From NCBI GenBank assembly GCA_963829525.1, contig CAWHIJ010000003.1:2496001-2560000 (forward strand): a stretch of DNA of 64,000 bases. The letters run 5' to 3'. This stretch comes from an uncultured Actinomycetota bacterium (GTDB taxonomy: Bacteria > Actinomycetota > Actinomycetes > JAHEKZ01). The notes beneath the pieces were generated by a model. It had not been told where the DNA came from, did no database searches, and saw only the letters and a program-made list of their open reading frames with translations. Shown here one piece after another: positions 28,724 through 39,644 of the stretch (the stretch's first letter is position 1; each line of letters begins with the position of its first letter). A program made the position numbers and the translations under genes.

Positions 28724-29197
28724 TCAGTCGCCGCGACCCCGGCGGGCCATGGCGCGGTCGGCGTCTCGCTTGGCCTCCCGCTCCGCCAACGAGTGTCGCT
28801 TGTCGTATGACTTCTTCCCGCGCGCAACGCCGATCTCGACCTTGGCGTGTCCGTCCTTGAAGTAGAGCGCCAACGGCACGATGGTCAGGCCGCTCTCCTG
28901 CGTCTTGGCGTTCAGTTTCCGGATCTGGTCGCGATGCAACAGCAACTTGCGGACGCGTCGAGGCTCGTGGTTGGTCCACGTTCCCTGCGTGTACTCGGGA
29001 ATGTGGACGTTATGGAGCCAGACCTCGCCCTCCTTGACGGCCGCGAAGCCGTCTACAAGGGACGCCCTACCCTCGCGCAACGACTTCACCTCGGTACCGG
29101 TGAGTACGAGACCGGCTTCGTAGGTGTCATCGATGTGGTAGTCGTGGCGGGCTTTGCGGTTCTGGGCGACGAGAACCCGCCCCTTTTCGCGGGACAT
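28724..29197 (-). CDS. smpB: SsrA-binding protein
   Basis: [38 protein letters not shown]. Confidence 0.98.
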   Translation of the reverse strand: MSREKGRVLVAQNRKARHDYHIDDTYEAGLVLTGTEVKSLREGRASLVDGFAAVKEGEVWLHNVHIPEYTQGTWTNHEPRRVRKLLLHRDQIRKLNAKTQESGLTIVPLALYFKDGHAKVEIGVARGKKSYDKRHSLAEREAKRDADRAMARRGRGD

Positions 29198-29199
29198 GA

Positions 29200-30357
29200 C
29201 TAACCCTCGTCAGCGAGCGGAAGTGCCGCGGTCAGCCCGCGCAGCACCTCAAGAGCTCGCTGCTCGGCAACCTCAGGAGTTGAGGTCGGGTCAACCAGAA
29301 CGTCCGGCTCAATGCCACGGCCGTCGATAATGCGGCCGGCTGGAGTCAGGTAACGCCCGATGGTGAACTCGATGGCAGAGCCGTCCGGAAGAACGATCGG
29401 CTCTTGAACCGAACCCTTCCCGTAGGTCCGTGACCCGACCACCACAGCTCGGTTACGGTCCTGCAGGGCGGCAGCAACGACTTCGGCTGCGCTGGCCGTT
29501 CCCCCATCTACAAGCACAACCACGGGGACGGTGGTATTCCCGTTACTCAAGGCTTGGAGTACTCGATCGGGGGCGTCGCGCTGCTCGTACGACACCACGG
29601 GGCCACCATCGAGGAACGCCGAAGCCACCTCGACCGACTCATCGAGCAGGCCCCCGGGGTTGCCGCGGAGATCCAGCACGACGCCACCCGCATAGGTGCT
29701 GGGGTCGGCGGTCATAGCCTCGCGGACGCTGCGGCCCACCCCACGGGTGAAGGTCCTGATGTCAATGCGCGTCACACCGTCAGCGAGCTGCTCGATCGAG
29801 ACGTCGGAGGTGGTGAGAACCGAGCGGGTCAGTACCAAGTTCGACATCACCCCGCCGCGCAGCGCCCCGATCGAGACAGTGCTGCCACTTGGGCCCCGTA
29901 GCCGCTGAACGACCTCGCCCACCGAGCCACCCGAGGTGGGCCAACCGTCGACCGAAACGATCACATCGCCGGGAACGAGGCCAGCATCGGCAGCCGGTGA
30001 CTCGGATTGGACGCTGGACACCACCACACCTGTCCGACCGGCTCGCACCCAGAGCCCGACGCCTGAGTAGCGGCCTTCGAGAGCGTCTTCAAACGACGCG
30101 TACTCACTCGGGTCGTAGTACGAAGACCATCGGTCACCTAAGGACTTGAGCATCCCTTCAACCGCCGCGCGCTCAAGCTCTGAGCGGTTGACCGGCTCAG
30201 CCGCCGACTCTTCGATCCGGTCGGCGGCGGCATCGATCACACCATCGCTCGATGACGAGCTGCCAACCACACCGGTGACGACGCCGGCACCGTACGAGGC
30301 GCCGACGGCCAGCACGGCCGCAGACGCGACGACGATGCGGCGGGACAAGGGGGACAT
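29200..30357 (-). CDS. S41 carboxyl-terminal processing peptidase with PDZ domain
   Basis: [23 protein letters not shown]. Confidence 0.92.
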   Translation of the reverse strand: MSPLSRRIVVASAAVLAVGASYGAGVVTGVVGSSSSSDGVIDAAADRIEESAAEPVNRSELERAAVEGMLKSLGDRWSSYYDPSEYASFEDALEGRYSGVGLWVRAGRTGVVVSSVQSESPAADAGLVPGDVIVSVDGWPTSGGSVGEVVQRLRGPSGSTVSIGALRGGVMSNLVLTRSVLTTSDVSIEQLADGVTRIDIRTFTRGVGRSVREAMTADPSTYAGGVVLDLRGNPGGLLDESVEVASAFLDGGPVVSYEQRDAPDRVLQALSNGNTTVPVVVLVDGGTASAAEVVAAALQDRNRAVVVGSRTYGKGSVQEPIVLPDGSAIEFTIGRYLTPAGRIIDGRGIEPDVLVDPTSTPEVAEQRALEVLRGLTAALPLADEG

Positions 30358-30452
30358 GCGGGCAAGTCTACGGTCGGGGTCGATCGGTTATCGACCACGC
30401 ACAGGGTGAGGCCCGTTTCTGGTCATTCCTCACCATCAAGTGAAGGGTGAGC

Positions 30453-31724
30453 CTACGGGCAGAACTCGGACTGAGGGGTCTTTGCGCCGCCGAACCAGCC
30501 CATCGGGTCGTGCGGCACTCCGTTGATGTGGACCTCAAAGTGCAGGTGGGGGCCGGTGGCGTACCCGGTCTCGCCCACGTAGCCGATGACATCGCCCTTC
30601 TGGACCCGCTGCCCGGGAGAGACGTTGAACGAAGACTGGTGGGCGTAGAAGGTGGAGAGGCCGTCACCGTGGTCGATCAAGGTGTTGTTGCCGTAAGGAC
30701 CTGAGAGCTCAGCCTTGGTCCAGATGACCACGCCTCCGCGAGCCGCCAAGATCGCAGTTCCCGAGCCGGCCGAAAGGTCGATGCCCGTGTGACAACTGCG
30801 GTACCCGTAGACCGGGTGAGTTCGCCAGCCCACGCCCTGGACCATTGGGGCGCCCGGTACCGGCCAGATCAATGCGCCAGATGGCAGACCCGCTCCACTG
30901 GATGCGGCATTGGCGATCTGTGCGGCCAGCGCATCTTGTGCTGCCTGAAGGTCCGCGAGCCGGTTCTCCTCCGCCTGCTTCTCCTCCTGGGCGACGGCCA
31001 AAGCACTGGAGCGCTGAGCAATCAAGGACTTGACCTCGCGCTGAGCGTCACGCGCCTCGCCGACGAGCCCTTTCAGGTCTTCAACCTGCTTCTCGGCCTC
31101 TGCCTCGGTCGCAGCGATGGCCTCCTCTGTCACCTGCATCTGCTGCTCACGGGCTGCGAGGACGGACTTATCGGCGTTCAGCCGATCGATGATCTCCGAC
31201 TGCGAGTCCGTAACCGACTGGGTGGCCATCACGCGCTGGACGAAATCAGTGGGTGATTCGGCATCGAGCACGACTTGCAGTTCGGCGTAACCACCCGTCT
31301 GGTACTGGTAGCGCACGATCCGTGCGATGAGGGTCTCGGAGCGAGTGATCCGCTTCTGAGCCTCGGCAATCTCCCTCTGGACCTTTTCTTGCTGCGCTTG
31401 AAGCTCGCGGAGGCGTTGGCGGATCAATGCGAGCCTGTCTCGGGCACTCGACAGGCGTCCGACAGCTGCGGCATAGACCGCTCGGGCGGAAGGCAACTTT
31501 GCTTGGGCTTCTTCGAGATCGGCCGCGGCCTGCCGCAGTCGCTTGGATGCACCCGCAAGCGCTGACTCGGTTTGGTTGATCTGCTGATCGAGCTGATCTG
31601 CCTTATCGATGAGGTCATCGGCCGAAGCGGGCACCAGGACCCCAGCCAGGAGGGCAGCCATCACCATGCCAGCGGCAACCAAAGCACGCGCTCGCACGAT
31701 CGACACCCTCCTTCCCCTTGTCAT
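30453..31724 (-). CDS. Coiled-coil M23 peptidoglycan endopeptidase (FtsEX partner)
   Basis: Signal peptide, long coiled coil, HTGIDL, YAHQS, TGPHLHFEV. Confidence 0.93.
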   Translation of the reverse strand: MTRGRRVSIVRARALVAAGMVMAALLAGVLVPASADDLIDKADQLDQQINQTESALAGASKRLRQAAADLEEAQAKLPSARAVYAAAVGRLSSARDRLALIRQRLRELQAQQEKVQREIAEAQKRITRSETLIARIVRYQYQTGGYAELQVVLDAESPTDFVQRVMATQSVTDSQSEIIDRLNADKSVLAAREQQMQVTEEAIAATEAEAEKQVEDLKGLVGEARDAQREVKSLIAQRSSALAVAQEEKQAEENRLADLQAAQDALAAQIANAASSGAGLPSGALIWPVPGAPMVQGVGWRTHPVYGYRSCHTGIDLSAGSGTAILAARGGVVIWTKAELSGPYGNNTLIDHGDGLSTFYAHQSSFNVSPGQRVQKGDVIGYVGETGYATGPHLHFEVHINGVPHDPMGWFGGAKTPQSEFCP

Positions 31725-31750
31725 CGGATCAATCCCCGAGGGACTTCACA

Positions 31751-32668
31751 TCACACTCGAAGGTACTTCAACAAGGTGAGATACGAGACGACAATGGAAA
31801 CGAGCAACCCGATTGACATGACAATCCCGCAAGTCACGAAGACGTGACTCCACTGGATCCAACTCGCCTCGTTGAAGGCAAAGGACTCCCGGAAGAGCCG
31901 GTCAATGAGCAGGTACTTGCCAAACATCAGGGCCACACAGGCAAGCAAGCCGCCGACAAATCCGGCAAAGGCCCCTTCGATGAGGAACGGCAGCTGGATA
32001 TAGAGATTCGAGGCCCCCACCAAACGCATGATGGAGGTCTCGCGCCGTCGACTGAAGGCAGCGACCCGAATTACCACCACGATCAGTAGCACCGTCGCAA
32101 TCAGCGCAACGAAGGCGATCCCGAGAGCTCCCACCTGGAAGCCGTTGAGAACATTGAAGACGGTGTCAAAGAACGAACGCATATCCACCACGTTCTCAAC
32201 GCCAGGCCGCCCCTCAAATGCGCTGGCCACGATGTTGTAGTCCTTCTCAGGATCTACCAGCGTCGCTCGGAACGACTCCTGCAGGTCGTCAGCACTGATG
32301 TTGTCGGCTATCTCAGAGTTTGCGAACTGCTCCTGGAAGCGCTCGTACGCGTCCTGCTTTGACTCGTAGAAAACCTCTTTGACCTGCGGGAGAGCCTTGA
32401 GGTCTTGCTGGATCTGGATCCGCTGGGCGTCGGTGATGGCACCGTCGGGGCAGGTGGCCCTGTCGCTGTCAATATCGCGACAGAGAAAGAGCGAGACCTC
32501 CACCTTGCCGAGCCAGAACTTCTGCATTTCGTTGATCTGCTGGCGAATCAGATTTGCTGTGCCCAACAGGGCTAGAGCGATGCTGATCACCAGAACCGCA
32601 GCGACGGTCATGGTGAGATTGCGGCGCAGGCCGGTAGCGGCCTCACTTACGACAAGACTGATGCGCAT
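31751..32668 (-). CDS. ftsX: Cell division permease FtsX
   Basis: GLRRNLTMT; RRRETSIMRLVGASN..IQLPFLIEG; follows ftsE. Confidence 0.95.
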   Translation of the reverse strand: MRISLVVSEAATGLRRNLTMTVAAVLVISIALALLGTANLIRQQINEMQKFWLGKVEVSLFLCRDIDSDRATCPDGAITDAQRIQIQQDLKALPQVKEVFYESKQDAYERFQEQFANSEIADNISADDLQESFRATLVDPEKDYNIVASAFEGRPGVENVVDMRSFFDTVFNVLNGFQVGALGIAFVALIATVLLIVVVIRVAAFSRRRETSIMRLVGASNLYIQLPFLIEGAFAGFVGGLLACVALMFGKYLLIDRLFRESFAFNEASWIQWSHVFVTCGIVMSIGLLVSIVVSYLTLLKYLRV

Positions 32669-32683
32669 GGTGTCCTTCCGACC

Positions 32684-33373
32684 TCAGCGGGCGTAGCCGT
32701 AGACGCCGCGCGACTGGTCACGCACGAGGAGGCCGCGCTCGAGCTCGATCACTCGGCGCCGCATCTGGTCGACGATGTCGGCGTCGTGGGTCGCCATCAC
32801 TACGGTCGTGCCGGTTCGATTGATCCGATCGAGCAGTTTCATGATTCCGACGCTGGTATGAGGGTCGAGGTTTCCCGTGGGCTCATCGGCGATGAGAATT
32901 GCTGGTCGGTTGACGAAGGCTCTCGCGACGGCCACGCGTTGCTGCTCGCCACCAGAGAGCTCACCGGGATAGCGATCCTCCTTGCCGGCAAGACCAACGA
33001 GCTCGATCACCTCGGGCACCACCTTCGCAATCAGGTGGCTGGGGCGCCCAGTGACCTCCAGAGCAAAGGCGACGTTCTCGTGGACGGTCTTGTTCGGCAA
33101 CAACCGGAAGTCCTGGAAGACAGTGCCTATCTGTCGACGAAGCTGCGGCACCTTCCAGTTCGACAGGCGGGCGATGTCTTTGCCCGTGACGAAGACCTGG
33201 CCCGACGTCGCCCGCTCCTCGCGCAACACGAGACGCAGAAGCGTGGACTTGCCCGACCCCGAGGCGCCCACGAGGAAGACAAACTCCCCCTTGTCGATCT
33301 CCAAGGTCACATGGTCCAAAGCGGGGCGCGCCTGACTGGGATAGACCTTGGTGACGTCATCCAACCTGATCAT
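32684..33373 (-). CDS. ftsE: Cell division ATP-binding protein FtsE
   Basis: [34 protein letters not shown]. Confidence 0.97.
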   Translation of the reverse strand: MIRLDDVTKVYPSQARPALDHVTLEIDKGEFVFLVGASGSGKSTLLRLVLREERATSGQVFVTGKDIARLSNWKVPQLRRQIGTVFQDFRLLPNKTVHENVAFALEVTGRPSHLIAKVVPEVIELVGLAGKEDRYPGELSGGEQQRVAVARAFVNRPAILIADEPTGNLDPHTSVGIMKLLDRINRTGTTVVMATHDADIVDQMRRRVIELERGLLVRDQSRGVYGYAR

Positions 33374-33550
33374 GGAGTGGCCCGGCCGGGTCGGGGACAG
33401 GGGGAAGACGGGCACGAGGGCCCGGGCGACCGGGATGCTTAGTCTACGGGCCGCCAGTGGCTAGGTCAGTCACCCCCGGCGCCTGCGCGTGGCGACCGGC
33501 AGTGTCTGACTCGCCGTTCAGCGCGATGGCATGGTGAGCGCGGAGGGAAG

Positions 33551-33584
33551 GTGAAGGGGTGCGACCGAAGCCGCACCCCTTCAC
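33551..33584 (-). terminator. Hairpin downstream of LPXTG protein gene
   Basis: gtgaaggggtgcg...cgcaccccttcac. Confidence 0.7.
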
Positions 33585-33603
33585 ACGCTCGTTCGTGGAG
33601 CGC

Positions 33604-34674
33604 TTAGTGCTTGCGGTGATACCTAGCGGGCATCAGGCGACCGGGTCCGAGAAGCAGCAGGACGCCGATTCCGATGAGCAGCAGGGAGATCCCGACAGCA
33701 CCGGCCACCGGGGTGCCAGATCCGGTCTGCGGAAGCGCACCAGCTGAACTCTGGGTTTCGATGACCTGTGGCGCGGCGCTCGACGGCGGGTTGCCTCGCT
33801 CCTTCGTCTCAGTGTCGGAAGGCTTCGGCGCCTTCGTCGTCTTCGGCGGCTTTGTGGTGGTCGGAGGGGTGCTCAAGGACGTGCTCGGCGAAGCTGATCC
33901 GGTGCTCTCCGTCTCGCTCGGGACCGTAACGAAGCAGTCCTTCTCATAAAGCGCGATTCCCTCGGGAGTCCAGTTCAGACCGTCGTGGGCGCCCGTGATC
34001 GGCGGGATGATGTCGCCCCATTCGTCCCCACTGAACGGTGGCTGGTAGTCGGCCTCCGGGTCAAACAGCGGCCCGTCGTGCTCTAGGTAGTGGTCTCCCC
34101 GGCCGTTGTCGTTGGTAGCGTCCCCGTCTGCCGCACTGACGTTGACGGTGATCCGAACGTACGGCTTGGTGAGCGACCTGGTGCGATGGCAGAGCGTGAC
34201 CTTCTCTTCGACCGGCGGGCTTGAAGTGACCGGGATACTCGACTCGGACTCGCTCGGCGACGGCCCAGGCACGTTGCAGTCGTTGTAGTAGATCGCCATA
34301 CCATCGATAGTCCAGTTCAGACCCTGATGGACGCCCTCGATCGGCGGGATGATGTCGCCCCATTCGTCCCCGCTCATTGGCTTGGGGTAGTCAGCTTCGG
34401 GGTCGAAGACCGGCCCGCGGTGCTCGGCATAGTGATCGCCACGGCCTTTGTTGTTGCCCAGGTCACCGTCGACCGATGACTGCGCGACCCTGATCACGAC
34501 GTACGGGTTGCTCACCGAGTTTGTCCGGTGGCAGATGGTGACCTTCGAGTCGTTGCCGGGCTGACCGCCTGGGTTCGCCACAGCTGTGCCCATCCCCAAC
34601 CACGGCAACGGTGCGAGAGCGACCAGCAGTGCTCCCCCCCACCGAGCCGCCCGGGTGTGCCGGGAAATACTCAT
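33604..34674 (-). CDS. Secreted LPXTG-anchored protein with two tandem Cys/His-containing domains
   Basis: Signal peptide; two KVTxCHRT...GDHYxEHxGP..GDEWGDIIPPI..LNWT..DC repeats; S/T/P stalk; LPQTG, TM helix, basic tail. Confidence 0.85.
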   Translation of the reverse strand: MSISRHTRAARWGGALLVALAPLPWLGMGTAVANPGGQPGNDSKVTICHRTNSVSNPYVVIRVAQSSVDGDLGNNKGRGDHYAEHRGPVFDPEADYPKPMSGDEWGDIIPPIEGVHQGLNWTIDGMAIYYNDCNVPGPSPSESESSIPVTSSPPVEEKVTLCHRTRSLTKPYVRITVNVSAADGDATNDNGRGDHYLEHDGPLFDPEADYQPPFSGDEWGDIIPPITGAHDGLNWTPEGIALYEKDCFVTVPSETESTGSASPSTSLSTPPTTTKPPKTTKAPKPSDTETKERGNPPSSAAPQVIETQSSAGALPQTGSGTPVAGAVGISLLLIGIGVLLLLGPGRLMPARYHRKH

Positions 34675-34933
34675 GACCGATCCCTCCCTCACGCCGGGCC
34701 GGTCTCACCTCTCGCTCCCCGTGACCACTGGGCGAGTCGCGCCCGGGGTGACCGTAACGCGGCCACGGATCAAAGCTTCCCTGCCAGAACAGTACCGAGA
34801 TGCCCTCACTCAAAGTTAGGGCCCTTCGGCCAAGGTCACCCATTTGCCCGGGTGACCTTGCTAACTCACAGTAGTGGGGGCAGACACCCTCACCAAGGAT
34901 TTGGGAAATGTGTTTCCCAGATCCGGGTCAGGC

Positions 34934-36055
34934 CTACGTCGATGCGCTCAAGTTCTCCTGCTGCTTACGCCACCGGATCCCCGCCTCAATGAAGGCGTCA
35001 AGGTCACCGTCGAGTACCGCGTCGGGGTTCCCCACCTCGACCTCGGTCCGCAAGTCTTTGACCATTTGGTACGGGTGCAGGACGTATGAGCGCATCTGGT
35101 TGCCCCAGGACCCACTGGTCTCGCCCTTGAGGGCGGCCATCTTGGCCCGCTCTTCCTCGCGGCGCTTGGCCAGCAGTCTGGCCTGAAGCACACGAAGCGC
35201 CGCAGCCCGATTCTGAATCTGAGACTTCTCGTTCTGACAGCTGACAACGATCCCGGTCGGCAGGTGGGTGATACGCACGGCCGAGTCAGTGGTGTTGACG
35301 CTCTGGCCGCCCGGGCCGCTGGAACGGAAGACGTCAATCCGCATCTCGGACTCGGGAATCTCGATGTGGTCGGTCTGCTCGACGACCGGGAGCACCTCGA
35401 CCCCGGCGAACGAGGTCTGACGGCGCCCCTGATTGTCAAACGGCGAGATCCGCACCAGCCGGTGCGTCCCCTGCTCAACGCTCAGAGTTCCATACGCATA
35501 GGGAGCCTTGACCGCGAACGTGGCCGACTTGATGCCAGCCTCCTCGGCATAGGAGATCTCATAGACCTCGGTGGGGTAGCCGTGCCGCTCGCACCAGCGT
35601 AGATACATGCGCATCAGCATCTCGGTCCAGTCGGCTGCGTCAACTCCCCCTGCCTCGGCGCGGACGGTCACCAGCGCCTCGCGGAGGTCGTACTCGCCCG
35701 AGAGCAGCGTGAGCGCCTCTTGCTCACTGACGATCCTGGTCAGGTCGACCAGCTCAGCCTCAGCCTCGGCCAGCGCATCGGCGTCGCCTTCAGCCTCGGC
35801 GAGCTCGAACATGAGCGACAGGTCATCGACTCGTTGTCGAAGACCGCCGACCCGGCGCAGCAACCCTTGCACGGCCGAAAGCCTGCTGGTGACCTTCTGC
35901 GCGGCTTCTTGGTCGTTCCAGAGGTCGGGCGCAGCTGCCTGCTCTTCCAGGGCCGCGACCTCGGCACGGAGCTTCGGAAGATCGAGCACGCTCTCGATGC
36001 TGCCCAGCGTCGTCTGGAGCTGGGCAATCACCTCGGAACTCTCGGGGCTGGCCAC
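34934..36055 (-). CDS. prfB: Peptide chain release factor 2
   Basis: RISPF (SPF), [16 protein letters not shown]. Confidence 0.98.
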   Translation of the reverse strand: MASPESSEVIAQLQTTLGSIESVLDLPKLRAEVAALEEQAAAPDLWNDQEAAQKVTSRLSAVQGLLRRVGGLRQRVDDLSLMFELAEAEGDADALAEAEAELVDLTRIVSEQEALTLLSGEYDLREALVTVRAEAGGVDAADWTEMLMRMYLRWCERHGYPTEVYEISYAEEAGIKSATFAVKAPYAYGTLSVEQGTHRLVRISPFDNQGRRQTSFAGVEVLPVVEQTDHIEIPESEMRIDVFRSSGPGGQSVNTTDSAVRITHLPTGIVVSCQNEKSQIQNRAAALRVLQARLLAKRREEERAKMAALKGETSGSWGNQMRSYVLHPYQMVKDLRTEVEVGNPDAVLDGDLDAFIEAGIRWRKQQENLSAST

Positions 36056-36201
36056 GTCGCACGAGCGTACGTGATCGTGCATTGGGGGCGGATGGTGGCC
36101 ACTGCAGTAGCCACCATCATTGGCGGTGATCGGTGTACCTCAGAGGTACATCAGACGCCGCGAATGGCGCATCGGCCCCTAGGGTCGGAGCGGAGGTGGA
36201 A

Positions 36202-37269
36202 GTGATCAAGTACCTGGGGTCCAAGCGGACCCTCGTCCCGGTGCTCGGCGCAATCGCCAGTGCAGTCGAGGCAGAGACTGCGGTCGACCTCTTCAGCGGC
36301 ACCACCCGCGTTGCCCAAGAGTTCAAGCGCCGCGGCATCGAGGTGACGGCAGCCGACATCGCCACCTACAGCGAAGTTCTGGCCCAGTGCTACGTCGCGA
36401 CCGATGCGCGTGACATAAGCGGTGAGGAACTCGCCGACGCCCTCGCTGAGCTTTCCAGCCTCCCCGGGCGGCGGGGCTACTTCACCCGCACGTTCTGCGA
36501 GGAGTCGCGGTACCTGCAGCCCAAGAACGGCGAGCGCGTGGATGCCATGCGCGACTACCTGGCGGACCGCTACGCCGGCTCTGCGCTTTTCCCGGTCTTG
36601 CTCACCGCAGTGATGCTGGCCGCCGACCGCGTCGACTCAACGACTGGCGTGCAGATGGCCTACCTCAAGCAGTGGGCTCCGCGAGCGGAGCGCGACCTCG
36701 AGCTGCGTGTTCCCGAGCTCATCCCGGGGTCCGGAACTGCGGTGCGCGGCGATGCCTTCGACCTGGTCAAGACGCTTCCCCACACCGACTTGGCCTATCT
36801 GGACCCGCCCTACAACCAGCACCGCTACTTCACGAACTACCACGTGTGGGAGACGTTGGTGCGGTGGGATGAGCCCGACCACTACGGGATCGCCTGCAAG
36901 CGAATCGATGCGCGCGACGAGTCGACCAAGAGCGCTTTCAACCGCAAGCGTCAGATGCCCGATGCGCTGCGTTCGGTCATCGTCGGCACCAAGGCCGATG
37001 TCGTGGTGGTCAGCTACAACGACGAGTCGTGGGTGACGCCTGATCAGTTGATGACGTGGCTTGGCGAAGCGGGTCATGATGACGTGCGCCTTCTGTCCTA
37101 CGACAGCAAGAGGTATGTGGGTGCACAGATCGGAATCCACAATCCCTCCGGCCACAAGGTCGGAACGGTGAAGCGGCTGCGCAACACCGAGTACCTGGTT
37201 ATCGCTGGTGAGGCGGCACGCGTTGCCGCAGCGGTGGTGGCCGCAGAACACCCCATGCTCAAGGTATGA
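36202..37269 (+). CDS. Orphan DNA adenine methyltransferase
   Basis: IKYLGSK, DLFSGT motif I, YLDPPYN motif IV. Confidence 0.88.
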   Translation: MIKYLGSKRTLVPVLGAIASAVEAETAVDLFSGTTRVAQEFKRRGIEVTAADIATYSEVLAQCYVATDARDISGEELADALAELSSLPGRRGYFTRTFCEESRYLQPKNGERVDAMRDYLADRYAGSALFPVLLTAVMLAADRVDSTTGVQMAYLKQWAPRAERDLELRVPELIPGSGTAVRGDAFDLVKTLPHTDLAYLDPPYNQHRYFTNYHVWETLVRWDEPDHYGIACKRIDARDESTKSAFNRKRQMPDALRSVIVGTKADVVVVSYNDESWVTPDQLMTWLGEAGHDDVRLLSYDSKRYVGAQIGIHNPSGHKVGTVKRLRNTEYLVIAGEAARVAAAVVAAEHPMLKV

Positions 37270-37717
37270 CCGCGGTCCGAGCCGTCGCTGAGGCCGATAC
37301 CTCGGCGGAGCCCGATGCGCCCGCAGTGACTGCGCTGGCCACCGGTAGCTGCAAGCGCGCCGCTAACCCCACCGACACTGTCGTCGCCGAGGTCGAGATG
37401 CTCACCTCGAACTCCCCAGTGACCAGACCTGCGTCAGACAGGTACTCGCGGACAGCTCTTTCGGCGGCAACCTGGTCGAGCGGGACCGGTCCGCTGGACG
37501 GCAGACCGTTTTGATAGACCGACTCCTCGTCCACGGCTTGCGCACCGGCCAAAGCGGCACCGTCAGCCGCAGCGACTAGTTCGCGACGCTCAAGGTATAG
37601 CGCGCTGACGTCAGTAACCACAGCCACAAGCAGCGCAGCGACCACCACGAGCCCGATGATCAGCAGCAGCACGGTGCCCTCGTCACTCCGCGCAGACGAC
37701 CGAAGGAACCCACTCAC
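37259..37717 (-). CDS. TadG-like pseudopilin
   Basis: DEG prepilin site + hydrophobic helix; AADGAALAGA. Confidence 0.8.
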   Translation of the reverse strand: MSGFLRSSARSDEGTVLLLIIGLVVVAALLVAVVTDVSALYLERRELVAAADGAALAGAQAVDEESVYQNGLPSSGPVPLDQVAAERAVREYLSDAGLVTGEFEVSISTSATTVSVGLAARLQLPVASAVTAGASGSAEVSASATARTAVIP

Positions 37718-38145
37718 GGGCGCACTTCGCTGTACTGGTCCACGGTTTGAGTGTGCGAGGCCGTAACCGGAACGCTTGCGAGCTCATGTGACCCAAACTT
37801 CGGGAGAAACGGAAGGTTGACCGTTGTCCGGTAACTGAACCTCACCGTCGCTCCCGGTGTGAGGCAAGGAGTCGTTGAGCAGGAAATGGTCAGGTCGCCC
37901 GGTTCCAGCACCAAGCCGTTGTCCGCCAGGGTGACGCCGGCTGCGGCCGTTGCACGCCGTTCACCCTCGAGAGTCGACGGGGCGCGAACGAAGACCCTGG
38001 CCGCCTCTCGGGTAGCAGCGCTGGCGCCAAAGGCCGCTCGCTGCACGTCAAACACCGCTAACACCAGGTAGCAGAGGGGTACCGCCAACGCCACGGCTAG
38101 GACGATGAACTCGACCATGGCGGCCCCATCGTCGTCGTTGTTCAC
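37714..38145 (-). CDS. TadE-like pseudopilin
   Basis: DDGAAMVEF; ATREAAR. Confidence 0.82.
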   Translation of the reverse strand: MNNDDDGAAMVEFIVLAVALAVPLCYLVLAVFDVQRAAFGASAATREAARVFVRAPSTLEGERRATAAAGVTLADNGLVLEPGDLTISCSTTPCLTPGATVRFSYRTTVNLPFLPKFGSHELASVPVTASHTQTVDQYSEVRP

Positions 38146-38528
38146 GACTCCTCCATCGCGTGGCCTGTCACGCGTAGCACACCCGAGGGGCCAAGCCAGC
38201 CGAAGACCGGTAAGTCGGCCCGTACTTCGACCTCGACGGTGCGCACGCCGCCGACGACTTCGTAGCTGGAGAAGACCTGATCTGCATAGGAGTCGGGCAA
38301 ACTCTGTCGGATCAAAGCACGGGTGTGCTCGGCTCCGTCCTCTGGATATCGGTCCGCGGCGGCCGCAAATCGAGCCCCTTCACCGGCAGCCGAGATAAGT
38401 GTGTTCCGAATGTGCAACGCCATCCCGAGTTGTACGACGGCCAACAAGAGGGCCACGACAAGGACTGACACCAGCACGAACTCAACGACGGCCGAGCCCG
38501 CGTCCTGGCCCTCACGGACCTGTGACAC
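38142..38528 (-). CDS. TadE-like pseudopilin
   Basis: GSAVVEF; AAGEGAR. Confidence 0.85.
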   Translation of the reverse strand: MSQVREGQDAGSAVVEFVLVSVLVVALLLAVVQLGMALHIRNTLISAAGEGARFAAAADRYPEDGAEHTRALIRQSLPDSYADQVFSSYEVVGGVRTVEVEVRADLPVFGWLGPSGVLRVTGHAMEES

Positions 38529-38700
38529 GGCCCAACGCCGATGTGAAGATGGAACGCAGCTGGTCGTCGGCTACCAACCACAGGGCTGTGACCAGACCCG
38601 CAGTCATCACCGTCACCAGCACCCACCCAGGTACATCTCCGCGATCGTCGCGCATCCGCTGAAGGCGTCGCCAGAGCGCGCCCGTTGCTTGGTGGTACAT
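38512..38700 (-). CDS. Flp-type pilin
   Basis: DDRGDVPGWVLVTVMTAGLV short actinobacterial pilin signature. Confidence 0.8.
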   Translation of the reverse strand: MYHQATGALWRRLQRMRDDRGDVPGWVLVTVMTAGLVTALWLVADDQLRSIFTSALGRVTGP

Positions 38701-38723
38701 GAATCCTCCCGTTGTCGACACTG

Positions 38724-39644
38724 TCAGGAACCCAAAGAAAGCCCGTAGAAGCCCGGAAAGAGGACGAAGAGCACCGAGAGCGGTAGCACCAGAAAGACAA
38801 CGGGGACCATCATCCCGATCTCTTTGCGGCCCCCCGCTTCGATCAGGGCTCGACGAGCGGCCTCGCGGGCGTCGGCTGCCTGAGCAGCCAGCACATCCGC
38901 AAGTGGCGTGCCGCGCTCAACAGCCACGACGACCGCATCTACGAAACGAGTCACTTCACTCAGTTCATTGCGGGTAGCTAACCGCTGGAGGGATGGCACC
39001 AGTGGAAGCCCGACGCGGGTGTCATCGAGGACGCGAGTGATCTCCCCAGCTACGACGCCGTGACCCACTCCGCTCACTCGCTCCAGGGCGGCAGTGAGAC
39101 TCGCACCAGCACCGACCGCCATGGCGAGCATCTCGATGATCGTCGGCAACTCTGTCCGCATACGCTCGGTGCGCCCCTTGACTGCACGGGTGAGCGCGTG
39201 GTCGCGAGCGAGAACCCCAGCCCCTGCGGCTAGGCCCACCAAGAGCAAACCTGGAATCCAGTTCTCGAAAGAGTTGCCGCGCAGGACGAGGAACGCTCCA
39301 GCCAGGACTGCCGACACCGCTCCCCAGCCGACCTGCTCGAGGCGAAAGAGTTCCACCGAGTGCTCAGGCCCCAGCGCATCCAGCCGGCGTCGAGCACTGC
39401 CATCCCCTCCTGTGATCCAGGCAACCCGCCGCGCGGCGGCTTCCACGAGCGCGAGGGTCCAGCGTGGCAGCCATGTCGCACTAAGACCGGAGGCACCTTC
39501 GTCCCGCCAGACAGCCTCTACCCGGCCGAGATAGGGCGTCACACGGCTGCGCAGGGGTGGAGCCAGCGGGCTAGGGATGCCCTGCACGACGAGCCAGACG
39601 CCGAGTGAGGACGTCCCCATGAGAACTACTTCGACGCCGCTCAC
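38724..39644 (-). CDS. tadC: TadC / type II secretion F family protein
   Basis: ELPTIIEMLAMAVGAG; ERGTPLADVL; MMVPVVFLVLP. Confidence 0.85.
   Translation of the reverse strand: MSGVEVVLMGTSSLGVWLVVQGIPSPLAPPLRSRVTPYLGRVEAVWRDEGASGLSATWLPRWTLALVEAAARRVAWITGGDGSARRRLDALGPEHSVELFRLEQVGWGAVSAVLAGAFLVLRGNSFENWIPGLLLVGLAAGAGVLARDHALTRAVKGRTERMRTELPTIIEMLAMAVGAGASLTAALERVSGVGHGVVAGEITRVLDDTRVGLPLVPSLQRLATRNELSEVTRFVDAVVVAVERGTPLADVLAAQAADAREAARRALIEAGGRKEIGMMVPVVFLVLPLSVLFVLFPGFYGLSLGS

Noticed and set aside
34934-36055. Programmed +1 frameshift in prfB
   Set aside because: The ORF is continuous with no internal CTT-TGA site, as is usual in actinomycetes.
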